From: Candidatus Latescibacterota bacterium
GTDB lineage: Bacteria; Latescibacterota; UBA2968; UBA8231
Assembly: GCA_965223905.1 (NCBI GenBank)
Contig: CBDCXV010000001.1
Span: 960,001 to 1,024,000, forward strand
DNA length: 64,000 nucleotides
Direction of reading: 5' to 3'
Positions 9,406-18,872 of the stretch are shown in pieces; within the stretch, counting starts at the first letter, position 1; each line of letters begins with the position of its first letter. Both the position numbers and the translations under genes were made by a program. The notes below the pieces were generated by a model that worked only from the letters and a program-made list of their open reading frames with translations, was not told the DNA's origin and did no database searches.

Positions 9406-9638
9406 GGGAGCCGAAGCAGCCATTCCTGGCGGTCGTCTGAGGGTTCTCAGCGCCCCGGCCGGCTGGACCTCGATCCAACGCTATTTTGCTTGATTGAGGC
9501 CCCAAAATGGCGTCTTATTTGCTAATACAGCAGGGGTGGCGCACCCGGCTTGACTCATGCCCCATAGTTGGGAGGATCGCGTGCTGCGTTTGGAGACAAA
9601 GAGCACCTGCACCCTCGACGGCAATACTCTGACGGCCG

Positions 9639-11849
9639 ATGTCACAGGATCCTCGCTTGCCGTCTCGCCCACCCGGGAGTGGAAGTAAGGTGGCTCCGTC
9701 CGGCTTCCGATACGCTTTCTGGCTTTCCCTGGCCATGCTCCTGGCGCCCCTTTCGCTGGATGCGCAGGAAGCGGCGACGATCCGCGGCATCGTCGTTCAC
9801 GCCGAGACCGGGCAGCCGGTCGCCGGCGCGGACGTGCTGGTGCGCTCGACGCCGCTGTGGGCTTTTTCCGGTGAGGACGGACGCTTCGAGATAGTCCTGC
9901 CCGGCGGCGGCGCCTACACCCTCGTGGTGGTGGCCGAGGGGTTCCGTAAGGCCGAGCGCGAGATCGAGTCGTCCGCGGCGGCGGCGGCGGAAGGTCTGCT
10001 GCGCTTCGCGCTGGAGCGGCTCTTCTTCGAGGCGCCGGGCCTGACCGTTACGGCGAACCGGGGGACCCACCCGGGTGACGCTCCCACAAGCGTCGCCGTT
10101 ATCAGCGGCGACGAGCTGGAGCGGCGAAGCGTCGCCAACCTCACCGAGGCCCTTCCCTTCGCGCAGGGCGTGACCTTCAACGCCGGCCAGATGGACATCC
10201 GCGGTTCCAGCGGACTGTCGCGAGGGGTGGGCAGCAGGGTGCTCATGCTGCTCGACGGCCACCGGACGCTGGCCGGAGTGGGCTCGTCCGTCGACTTCGG
10301 GATCCTCCCGACCCTGGACGTGGAACGCATCGAAATCGTCAAAGGGCCGCACTCGACGCTCTGGGGCACCAACGCCCTGGGGGGTGTCGTCAATGTGATT
10401 ACGCGGCCTCCGCTGGAGGAAACCCAAACCGTGGTGCGGGGATACTACGGCCTCTTCAACACCCCCGACACACTGGTTTTCTCCGACGAACGCCTGAGCA
10501 TACAGGGAATTCAGGTCCAGCATTCCCGCAAGGTCGGCAGCGCCCACACCACCCTGTTCGCGGGGCGCGAGGGTTCGGCCGGCTTTCGACAGAACGGCGA
10601 GGTGGACCGGTGGCGCCTGCGGGCAAAGGCGATCTTCGGGGCGAAGTCGGCGACCCCCCTGGAGCTGTTTGCGACTTGGAAGCGCGAGGACGCGGAGGAG
10701 TTCTTCATCTGGAGGTCAAAGAAGCGCCGCCTTGAAGTCGACCCGGCCTACTTGGGCGACTCGAAGCGGGAGTCGGACCTGCTCGTCGGTCTCACCGCCA
10801 TCCCGGTGGTTACGCCGAGGCTCAAGCTCGAGCTGCGGCCCCAGATTTTGCACTTCCGTTCGCGGAACCACTTCCACAACAACAACGATTCTCACCGTTC
10901 TACACGCTACGGCACCGATATTCAGCTTTCCCTGTTCACGGGTCATCGGCACACGGTGACGGTCGGCGGAGAGGCGGCATACACCGGGGTGGCGTCGAAC
11001 TTCCTGGAACCGAACCCGAACGTGACGGACCTGGCGCTGTTCGGTCAGGACGAGATCGCGTTTTCCCAGCGGTTGCAGGGTTCGGTCGGGATTCGCTTCG
11101 ACATGCACAGGGCGTCGTTCGTCGAAAACGACCTGGCCCTGAATCCCAAGATCGGCCTCGTCTACCACCCCTTCGACCGCTTGAGCCTGCGGACTTCGCT
11201 GAGCCGCGGCTACCGGGCGCCGAGCGTCTCGGAGCAGTTCTCCTCGACGACCGTTTTCGGGTTTCGCGTCGTTCCGAATCTCGAGTTGCGCGGCGAATCC
11301 GCCTGGGCAGGCGAGATCGGGGCCACCGCGAGCCCCAGCGACCGGCTCTGGCTCGACACGGGTTTTTTCTGGAACGAGTACTCCGGCCTGATCGAGGTGG
11401 CAGGGGCGCCGGACCAGATTTTCACCTTCCAGTTCCAGAACTTTGTCGAAGCCAGGGTCAGGGGAATCGACACCGGGCTGCGCGCGGGACTGGTCCCCGA
11501 CAAACTCAATGTGCAGACGAACTACCTCTTCATCGATTCCGTGGATCTGCGCACGGGGCGGCGGCTCGCCTACCGATCGCGCCACATCCTCACCTCGACC
11601 CTTTCCGGCTGGGACGATGCGGTCGCCCTCGACGTGCGCTACCGCAGCCGGCCGGAGGTGGTCCTCCTCTTCACGGGCGACGAACGCAGCGCTTTTTCCG
11701 TGGTCGACCTGCGGCTGAATTTTAAGGTCATGGGCATGGACGTGCAGACCAAGGTCGCCAACCTGCTTCAGGCCGGATACGTCGACATCCAGGAACGCAA
11801 CCCGGGGGCTTCCCGGAGCTTTCGACTTACCGTCAGCTCCCGCTTCTGA
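9639..11849 (+). CDS. TonB-dependent outer-membrane receptor with N-terminal carboxypeptidase-regulatory-like domain
   Basis: Signal peptide, TVTANR TonB-box region, VERIEIVKGPHSTLWGTNALGGVVNVIT plug motif, C-terminal Phe. Confidence 0.9.
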   Translation: MSQDPRLPSRPPGSGSKVAPSGFRYAFWLSLAMLLAPLSLDAQEAATIRGIVVHAETGQPVAGADVLVRSTPLWAFSGEDGRFEIVLPGGGAYTLVVVAEGFRKAEREIESSAAAAAEGLLRFALERLFFEAPGLTVTANRGTHPGDAPTSVAVISGDELERRSVANLTEALPFAQGVTFNAGQMDIRGSSGLSRGVGSRVLMLLDGHRTLAGVGSSVDFGILPTLDVERIEIVKGPHSTLWGTNALGGVVNVITRPPLEETQTVVRGYYGLFNTPDTLVFSDERLSIQGIQVQHSRKVGSAHTTLFAGREGSAGFRQNGEVDRWRLRAKAIFGAKSATPLELFATWKREDAEEFFIWRSKKRRLEVDPAYLGDSKRESDLLVGLTAIPVVTPRLKLELRPQILHFRSRNHFHNNNDSHRSTRYGTDIQLSLFTGHRHTVTVGGEAAYTGVASNFLEPNPNVTDLALFGQDEIAFSQRLQGSVGIRFDMHRASFVENDLALNPKIGLVYHPFDRLSLRTSLSRGYRAPSVSEQFSSTTVFGFRVVPNLELRGESAWAGEIGATASPSDRLWLDTGFFWNEYSGLIEVAGAPDQIFTFQFQNFVEARVRGIDTGLRAGLVPDKLNVQTNYLFIDSVDLRTGRRLAYRSRHILTSTLSGWDDAVALDVRYRSRPEVVLLFTGDERSAFSVVDLRLNFKVMGMDVQTKVANLLQAGYVDIQERNPGASRSFRLTVSSRF

Positions 11850-12022
11850 ATTTCGGGCCGGCTGCGTCTGATCGGGGCGGCCGACGCTTCGGACGGCACC
11901 CCCCATACCCCAAATGTGCGGCCCGGGTCGGTGGCAGGGATCCTCTCTTGGACTGACTGCGGATCCCGAAACAGACCTGAAACCATAATTGTCGATCTGG
12001 CAGGAGAATGGGAGAACGAGTC

Positions 12023-12832
12023 ATGAAGGATGCGGAAAAATACCTGTTCGACGTACACGGCTACCTGGTGATTGAATCAGCTCTCTCAGCGGCAGAAGTC
12101 GCGGCGGCGAATGTGGCAGTCGACCACCACGCCGATGAGATCGGCATCCGTCCAAACGACCTCGCCAACGAATCGGCAACCTTGCGCGGCACTGCCGGGC
12201 GCGGCGATCTGGGTGGAATGCTGACGTGGGGAAAGCCCCACTGCGATGTGTTCCGCGAAATGATTGCCCACCCCAAACTCACGCCGTACCTGCAGGAGTT
12301 GCTGGGGCCGGGATTCCGACTCGAGGGGCTCGGCATCATCACGATGGACGAGGGAGCGGAAGGCTTCTGGTTCCACGAAGGGGGGGAACCGCATGACCGT
12401 TCACGCGGTTTCCTCTATCGCAACGGGCGCATGTTCTGTGGCATGACGAACATGGCTGTTCAGTTGACCGATGTGGAGCCGGGAGATGGCGGGTTCGCCT
12501 GCCTGCCCGGAAGCCATAAGGCAAACTTCCCCTGCCCGGACGATATCCGGCTCTATCACACGCATCAGGATCGGATCGTCACACCTTCCGCGAAAGCTGG
12601 CGATGTCATCCTGTTCGTCGAATGCCTGATGCACGTCGCACTGCCGTGGACCGCCAGACACCAGCGGCGTTCGGTGGTTATCCGCTACAACCCCGGTGTC
12701 ATGGGTGAGTCGGTGATGGGGACTTACACACCGCCGCCGTTCTACGACGAACTGACCGATGCCCAGAAAGCCGTCATCTCGGCACCGCACTACCGGGGGG
12801 AGGACAAAGGCTCACGGCTCTACCGGGGATGA
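12023..12832 (+). CDS. PhyH-family Fe(II)/2-oxoglutarate-dependent oxygenase
   Basis: YLFDVHGYLVI, PGSHK, AGDVILF..ECLMH, RRS; first metal motif reads HEG. Confidence 0.85.
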   Translation: MKDAEKYLFDVHGYLVIESALSAAEVAAANVAVDHHADEIGIRPNDLANESATLRGTAGRGDLGGMLTWGKPHCDVFREMIAHPKLTPYLQELLGPGFRLEGLGIITMDEGAEGFWFHEGGEPHDRSRGFLYRNGRMFCGMTNMAVQLTDVEPGDGGFACLPGSHKANFPCPDDIRLYHTHQDRIVTPSAKAGDVILFVECLMHVALPWTARHQRRSVVIRYNPGVMGESVMGTYTPPPFYDELTDAQKAVISAPHYRGEDKGSRLYRG

Positions 12833-12962
12833 TCCCATTGGCCGTACCGGGAACGCTTCTGCCCGATCTACAGCCTGCCCTGGAAGCGACGCGGTCGGGG
12901 AGGACAGGAGATATTCTCACCGGCAAGTCTCCAAGGCTGATCGCCCCGCGTTCACGCCAAGC

Positions 12963-13973
12963 TTACCCGTAGACCGTCTGTATCAATGCCCGGATATACC
13001 CGATGGCATACGCCTTCCCGTACAAGGGCCCGTACCCATGGGCAAATGAAGGTGTGTGGTCCATCATGTACGGCCCGTTGAACCCGTTGTCGCGATATAC
13101 TTCGATGGCTCGCCGCATATCGACCTCCCCCTCGTCCAGGAAGACCTCGGCAAATCGCGGCAACTGCCCGCGCACATTGCGAAAATGCACCCAGGCGATC
13201 CTGCCCTTTGCCGCCATCTCGGCGATCGCGTCGTAGATCTTTTCCGGCCCCAGCAACTCGGTCATGCACCCCTGGCAGAAGAGCATGCCATTGCTGTGGC
13301 TCGGCGCGATCTCGAAGATCCTGCGGAACTGCTCCAGGGTCGAACAGATCTGCGCCACCCCTCCCAGCGGTTCGGGAATCGGCGGGTCGTCCGGGTGCAG
13401 GGCCATGCGCACCCCTGCCTTTTCGGCCGCGGGGATCGCCGCGGCCAGGAACCGTTCCATCCGCTCCCACATCTGCGCCTCCTCCACCGGGGGCTCGTGC
13501 GCTTCGGGCCGGCTTTCCTCGAACACCGCGTAGTCGAAGGTGCTGTATCGCGCACCGCCCCTGCCCGTATCAGCGGGGGTGCGAAAGTTGCCCATCGGTT
13601 TGAAGTTCCAGCCGACGCAGGGGATGCCGGCCTGGCCCACACTTTCCAGCATCCTGCACCAGTGGCCGATCTTCTCGTCCATGTCTTCCTCGGCCAGGGT
13701 GATTTCCTCCCAGGCGGGCATGAAGATGTTGTTCAGCTTCATGCCGTGTGCCTCGACTTTTTCCCGCGCCTGCGCCAACGCGTCGGTGCTGTCCTTGCCG
13801 GCTTTCAAATCCTGCGCCAGCGAGGTGTTGGCGGAGCCGGTTCCGCCTCGATGTCCGGCGACGGGGGCTTCCCCGCGCAGCTCCAGATGGATCGAGTCCA
13901 CCCCGATCGCACGGAAGAAGCTCAGGTGCTCGTCGCCGAGCTCGCCGATGGAAACCTGGTCCTGGATATACAT
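12963..13973 (-). CDS. uxuA: Mannonate dehydratase
   Basis: ALHPDDPP, FCQGCMTE, VHFRNVRG, FLDEGEVDM, MMDHTP. Confidence 0.85.
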   Translation of the reverse strand: MYIQDQVSIGELGDEHLSFFRAIGVDSIHLELRGEAPVAGHRGGTGSANTSLAQDLKAGKDSTDALAQAREKVEAHGMKLNNIFMPAWEEITLAEEDMDEKIGHWCRMLESVGQAGIPCVGWNFKPMGNFRTPADTGRGGARYSTFDYAVFEESRPEAHEPPVEEAQMWERMERFLAAAIPAAEKAGVRMALHPDDPPIPEPLGGVAQICSTLEQFRRIFEIAPSHSNGMLFCQGCMTELLGPEKIYDAIAEMAAKGRIAWVHFRNVRGQLPRFAEVFLDEGEVDMRRAIEVYRDNGFNGPYMMDHTPSFAHGYGPLYGKAYAIGYIRALIQTVYG

Positions 13974-14111
13974 GAGCCGCTTTCTTCAGCTGGTCAGCCG
14001 CAGGTCAGTTACTGAACTCGCGAGTACGTAGATTGGATAATTACCTCGCGTCAGCGTTCACTCGGTGCCAGGCCTTCGGGCAACGGGGCTGCCTGCGGCG
14101 AGGGCCTGCCC

Positions 14112-15017
14112 TCAGGCGAGCGGCCGGTCCCGCTGGTTCTGGCCGCCGTAGCGGAAGCCCGGCACGTTGTCGGCGCAGTAGGTTCCCCGGAAGAGGGTCT
14201 GCCGCATCGGCGGCATCCGCTCGACGAGCTCGGCCGGCGGCGACCACGAGCTCCAGCGCGAGCCGACGCTGTTGTAGAGGTTGAATATGGCCACTCGCTC
14301 GTTTCCGGAATTGGTCCAGGGAGAGGTGCTGTGCGCCAGTGCCTCGGTAAAGAACAACACCGACCCTGCCGGGCATTCGTAGGTGTCCCACACCGCCGAA
14401 TGCGGATCCTGAATGGCCGCGGGAGAGGGGTACGCGGCCTTGTGGCTTCCCGTGGCCAGGAGCGTGCCGCCCTGCCTCATCCTGACCGGAGCCAGCTCCC
14501 ACACCACCCGCGTCAAGCCGCTGAAGGACTTGCCGGGAATGCTCTGGTAGTGGTGCGAATCCACGGCAAAGCGAAAGAAGCCGCTGCCGTTGTGCGGGTT
14601 GAAGGCGCCCTCCCGCGCGGGGGTCGCCGCCGGGTTGCGCAAGCCGCTGCCCTCCATCCGGAACCCGTAGCACTCGGGGCTCGACAGCCCCGGAAACGCC
14701 AGGAACTCGTTGAGGAAGCCCACTACCACCGGGTGGTCGGTCAGCTTCTCCAGCGGCCCCGCCACAAAGGAACGCTCGTGTGCCGGCAGTGACTCCGGCT
14801 GGTTCAGCACGCGCAATGCGTACTCGCGCATGGCCTCGCTCTCGTCGCCGGCCAATACCCCGGGCACCAGGAGCCACCCGCGGACATCGAAGAGGTACTT
14901 CTGCTCGTCGGTCAGCTCGACGGCCGGCTCGCCGTCGGCGTTTTTCTGCGGCAGGTCGCCTTCTTCCACCAGCAACGGCTGCCCCAGGTTCTTATCGACT
15001 ACGTATGCTTCGCTCAT
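14112..15017 (-). CDS. PhyH-family Fe(II)/2-oxoglutarate-dependent oxygenase
   Basis: YLFDVRGWLLVPGVL, GSHK, GSVLFFTEALAH; first metal motif reads HNG. Confidence 0.8.
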   Translation of the reverse strand: MSEAYVVDKNLGQPLLVEEGDLPQKNADGEPAVELTDEQKYLFDVRGWLLVPGVLAGDESEAMREYALRVLNQPESLPAHERSFVAGPLEKLTDHPVVVGFLNEFLAFPGLSSPECYGFRMEGSGLRNPAATPAREGAFNPHNGSGFFRFAVDSHHYQSIPGKSFSGLTRVVWELAPVRMRQGGTLLATGSHKAAYPSPAAIQDPHSAVWDTYECPAGSVLFFTEALAHSTSPWTNSGNERVAIFNLYNSVGSRWSSWSPPAELVERMPPMRQTLFRGTYCADNVPGFRYGGQNQRDRPLA

Positions 15018-15094
15018 CTGCTGTATCCCCTTTTTGGCTATATGAATGATAGTCGGCTCTCCGAGGCACTTACTCCAAACCGAGAGGAATATCC

Positions 15095-15739
15095 ATGGAC
15101 CACAATTGGATTGAAGACGGACAAACTCTGCTGTTCATCGGCGACAGCATAACCGACTGCGGTCGGCGCGGTGCCGAGGCCCCACTGGGCAACGGGTACG
15201 TTCGCCTGTTCGCCGAGTTGGCCACTGCCCGCTTCCCCGAGCGGCGGGTCCGCTACATCAACAAAGGGATCGGCGGCAACCGCGTCACCGACCTGGCCGC
15301 CCGCTGGCGGGACGACGTGCTCTACCACCGGCCGGACCGGCTGTCCGTCAAGATCGGCATCAACGACCTGCACAGTCATTTGCGCGGCGCCGAAGACGGC
15401 GTCGATCCAGCCTGTTTCGCCGCCGTCTATGAACAGATTCTGGAGATCACCCGGGACGAGTTGGGCTGTCCTCTCGTGCTTCTGACTCCGTTCTACATTT
15501 CCACCGACCACGGCGGCCGGAACATTCGCAGCCAGGTGCTCGAACTGTTGCCTCGGTACATCCAAGTAGTGGAGGGGTTGGCGGAGCGCTTCGACGCCCG
15601 CCTGGTGCGCCTCCACGAAATCTTCCAACGGCAGCTCCAATACCGCGATGCCGATACCTTCTGTCCGGAACCGGTCCACCCCAACCAGGCCGGACACCTG
15701 GTGATCGCCCAAGCCCTGATGGACACCCTGACCGCGTAG
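15095..15739 (+). CDS. SGNH/GDSL family hydrolase
   Basis: FIGDSITD, NKGIGGN, IGIND, EPVHP blocks. Confidence 0.9.
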   Translation: MDHNWIEDGQTLLFIGDSITDCGRRGAEAPLGNGYVRLFAELATARFPERRVRYINKGIGGNRVTDLAARWRDDVLYHRPDRLSVKIGINDLHSHLRGAEDGVDPACFAAVYEQILEITRDELGCPLVLLTPFYISTDHGGRNIRSQVLELLPRYIQVVEGLAERFDARLVRLHEIFQRQLQYRDADTFCPEPVHPNQAGHLVIAQALMDTLTA

Positions 15740-15824
15740 CGGCGAAGAGTCCCAGGAGACCGGCTGTCCCCAGGTCCCGGCCGGTCCAAACAGTACACAA
15801 CAACCGCAAAACCGGGACAACCCA

Positions 15825-16877
15825 GTGAAGATCACCGAAGTGCAGGCCGTGTACCCGAACTACCGCAAGCCGCTGAAGGGCTGGCGCCCTTACCTGTGGC
15901 AGATCGTCGTGCGCGTGGAGACCGACGCGGGCGTCAGCGGCTGCGGTTGCGGCGGAGGGGGCGTGGCCGGCGTCGAGGTGGTAAACCGCCACCTGCGGGA
16001 GCTGCTGCTGGACGAGAACTGCAACAGCACCTCCGACATCGAACGCCTCTGGGATAAACTGTACTCCGCCTCCATTCCCTACGGCAGGGGCGGGATTGCG
16101 AGCATGGCGCTGAGCGGCATAGACCTGGCCCTGTGGGATCTTCTGGGAAAAGCGGAAAGGCAGCCGGTTTTTTCGTTGCTGGGCGGCTCGTCCGGACAGC
16201 GCATCCGGGCCTACGCGTCCGGCGACGATCCCGAATGGTTTGCGGAGATGTCCTTCACGGCCCACAAGGTGCCCTTCGGCCGTCCACTGGACGCCGGCGC
16301 CTGCGAGGGGGCCGCGGCCGCGGCGGCCGCATCCCGCCGGCACCTGGGCGAGGAGGCCCTGCTGATGTTCGACTGCTACATGGCCTGGGACGCGTCAGCG
16401 GCCCTGGAGATGGCGCGGACCCTGGAGCCTTACGGCATCTACTGGTTCGAGGATGCGCTGACCCCTGACGATCTGGAGGGGCTGGCGGATCTGCGCCGGC
16501 AGATCAAGCCGATCCAGCTTGCCGGGGGAGAGCACGACCTGACCCCGCACCGCTTCGCCGCCATCGCCCGGGCCGGCGCGCTCGACATCTGGCAGCCGGA
16601 CGTGACCTGGTGCGGGGGCGTCACCGCGACCCTGCGCATTGTCGAGGAGGCACGGGCGGCCGGAGTGCCCGTGGTTCCGCATCGTGGCGGGGAGCCCTGG
16701 GGGCTGCACGTCATCGCGGGGACGGCTTGCGAAGACCTGGCCGAACTGGTGCTCGGCAACCGGCATGCGGCGCCTGGGATGCTGTGGCTGGACGCGCCTG
16801 AGCCCATGGACGGCTATCTGACCCCCGGCGATGCCCCGGGCTTCGGCGTGCGCCTGAACGAATCCCTTTTGGCCTAG
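15825..16877 (+). CDS. Mandelate racemase/L-rhamnonate dehydratase-like enolase-superfamily enzyme
   Basis: SIPYGRGG, SGIDLALWDLLGK, LMFDCYM, WFED, AGGEH, QPDVTWCGG. Confidence 0.85.
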   Translation: MKITEVQAVYPNYRKPLKGWRPYLWQIVVRVETDAGVSGCGCGGGGVAGVEVVNRHLRELLLDENCNSTSDIERLWDKLYSASIPYGRGGIASMALSGIDLALWDLLGKAERQPVFSLLGGSSGQRIRAYASGDDPEWFAEMSFTAHKVPFGRPLDAGACEGAAAAAAASRRHLGEEALLMFDCYMAWDASAALEMARTLEPYGIYWFEDALTPDDLEGLADLRRQIKPIQLAGGEHDLTPHRFAAIARAGALDIWQPDVTWCGGVTATLRIVEEARAAGVPVVPHRGGEPWGLHVIAGTACEDLAELVLGNRHAAPGMLWLDAPEPMDGYLTPGDAPGFGVRLNESLLA

Positions 16878-17038
16878 TGCCTGCTTGCGCAATTCCGCGT
16901 GAATTCGGTCGCCGCTGCATCCCGGCTCGCCGCGTTGCCTTCGCTTGCCGTACACCCCGGTACGCCTCGCTCAGGCGCCTTGCGAGCCGGGCGCATCGGC
17001 GCCCTCGTTCGTACGCTTAATTACGCGCGCAGGCACTA
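16875..17038. mobile_element. 164-bp palindromic MITE-like repeat (ERIC/RPE-like)
   Basis: TA-bounded; TAGTGCCTGCTTGCGCAATT vs reverse complement of the right end TAGTGCCTGCGCGCGTAATT (17/20); central CGTAC...GTACG hairpin. Confidence 0.75.
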
Positions 17039-17043
17039 TTGGT

Positions 17044-17175
17044 TCACCTATGTAGTAATGCTGGATAGAGGCGGTGCAGCTTGATGCGTGCATCGTCGGT
17101 GGTGAATTGCCATTTGACCCTCGTTGGACTCTTCTCGCGTTGGGAGAGCCAGGCGTGGACTTCTTTGCTCAGTTC
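17044..17175 (-). mobile_element. IS630-family transposase C-terminal remnant
   Basis: VHAWLSQREKSPTRVKWQFTTDDARIKLHRLYP matches the typical IS630 C-terminus W.FT..DAR.KL..LYP. Confidence 0.75.
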
Positions 17176-17544
17176 CCCCAGGGGGCTGCCGATCCCCGGC
17201 TCCCAGTAGGTGCTTTCATCGTCGTCGAACAAGTTGGCGACATCCCCCTTGTTGACACCGGCGTCGATCGCGTCGAGAAGGGTCATCTCTTCGGGATCCT
17301 TGTTCCCCGGATTCCGCTTCAGATGGGCGACGATATCCCCGGTAGCGTCGATGTTCTTGCTGACGTAATGGGGTCTTACCGCGCCCCTTTCGACTTCGAC
17401 CGTTCCCGGCGGGAAATGCCACTCCTCCCAGTGCGACTGCCTGTTCACGAGGAGTTGATTGTCCCGAATCGTAGCGGTTTGACCCCATGCAGGCCCCAAG
17501 CCCAGGCTTCCGATCGCCGCTGCGGCTACAACCGACCTCTTCAT
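17176..17544 (-). pseudogene. Truncated N-terminus of a large secreted protein, joined in frame to the IS630 remnant
   Basis: MKRSVVAAAAIGSLGLGPAWG signal peptide, then SHWEEWHFPPGTVEV...NLFDDDESTYWEP, then switches to transposase sequence. Confidence 0.55.
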
Positions 17545-17825
17545 CCAGATAGCTGCGAAGACGGAGGACATCATGCGCTCCAGGTCAAAAGGGGTGGGAA
17601 CGGGATTTGCAGGTGCCGCGCGCACCTGCCACAGTGCAGGAAGCCGATATCCCGGTAGATGCTTTTCCGTGTGGCCGTCGTGCGTCTCTCCTTCATGATA
17701 GCCTTCCACCGTCGCCGTGCGGAAGCAGCCGTTTCCCTCGCTTTGCCCCCGGCCCACTCCGCCATTCAGCAGGATCGACTGCCTATACCCCTGGTCCCAT
17801 CAGCCAGGGGACTGAATGGGTACAC

Positions 17826-17965
17826 CGGAGAAGGAGATAGCCGTCCTCGGACATTCGGTTCCTCAAGGCGGGCATGTCGTCGAGCAGATCATCCGCTTCA
17901 CGCAGCTCGCCGAATGCATCCGGCGACATGTCCAGCGGAATGCCGTTTGAAGGAAGTTGCGATAT
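17826..17965 (-). pseudogene. 5' remnant of a PhyH-family gene
   Basis: SNGIPLDMSPDAFGELREADDLLDDMPALRNRMSEDGYLLLR then similarity stops; the presumed start reads ATA. Confidence 0.55.
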
Positions 17966-18050
17966 TGTACCTGACCTTTCGTGTCCGGTGTGGTCGTTTC
18001 GATGGGTCTTGGGTTTCCTCTTCAAGGGATCTGGTGGTATGCCCCGGCAC

Positions 18051-18611
18051 ATGGAGAAAAGTAGGGAGGTACGAATCAGGGAGGCCAACCCGGCAGACGC
18101 CGGTCCCATGGCGAGGGTTCACGTCGATGCGTGGAGGACGGCATATGCCGGCATCGTGCCGGCCGGGCACCTGGATGGCCTCTCGTACGGGGAGAGGGAA
18201 TCGAGGTGGAAGGAGATACTCACGAAAGGCCAGGCCCGGCACAACCTGGTTGCGGAGACCGGCGCAGGCGAAGTCGTCGGGTTCGCGGGAGGAGGCCCGG
18301 AGCGGGAAGGCCCTCCGGACTACCGGGGCGAACTCTACGCCATCTACCTCCTGGACGAGTATCAGCGAAAAAGTGTCGGTCGTCGTCTTGTCGAAGCTGT
18401 GGCCCACCGGCTTGCCGCGGACGGGATCGCTTCGATGTTGGTGTGGGTGCTGAAGGACAACCATTCCGCGTGCAGGTTCTACGAGTCGCTTGGAGCTGAG
18501 CGGATCGGGCGGAAGACGATCGCCATGGGTGGAGTTGACCTCGTGGAGGTGTTCTATGGCTGGAGCGACATCACCAGTCTGGGAGCAGGGGGTTCACGAA
18601 AGCACGCATAG
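18051..18611 (+). CDS. GNAT family N-acetyltransferase
   Basis: IREANPAD...VHVDAWRTAY, ELYAIYLLDEYQRKSVGRRL, WVLKDN..ACRFYESLG. Confidence 0.88.
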   Translation: MEKSREVRIREANPADAGPMARVHVDAWRTAYAGIVPAGHLDGLSYGERESRWKEILTKGQARHNLVAETGAGEVVGFAGGGPEREGPPDYRGELYAIYLLDEYQRKSVGRRLVEAVAHRLAADGIASMLVWVLKDNHSACRFYESLGAERIGRKTIAMGGVDLVEVFYGWSDITSLGAGGSRKHA

Positions 18612-18679
18612 AGGCCGTAAACGCGCCGGGCCAACTGGCACCGTTTCTCGCCAGTACCGCGGTAGAAGGAGACTGGTCG

Positions 18680-18859
18680 CATATCGAACCGCCAGGGCAC
18701 GACTCGATCATTCCCCATCCGGAGGTGACGGCGGCCGACGTCACCGACCGCGAATCCCTCAAGGCTTTCGTAAGGGGGGCGGTCAGGGGATATGTCACCG
18801 CTCTGCGGGAACATGGAACCGGCCGCTATACGGAAATCCTGACCTTCTTCCGGAATTAG
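18680..18859 (+). pseudogene. Fragment of a cache-domain repeat protein
   Basis: Manual translation PHPEVTAADVTDRESLKAFVRGAVRGY; no start codon or context. Confidence 0.4.
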
Positions 18860-18872
18860 TATCTAAAAACCA

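Noticed and set aside
9406-9638. Possible cobalamin or TPP riboswitch upstream of the TonB-dependent receptor
   Set aside because: No B12 box (GCCACTG, AGCCAG-AGACC) or TPP core (CTGAGA, ACCTGA) is visible
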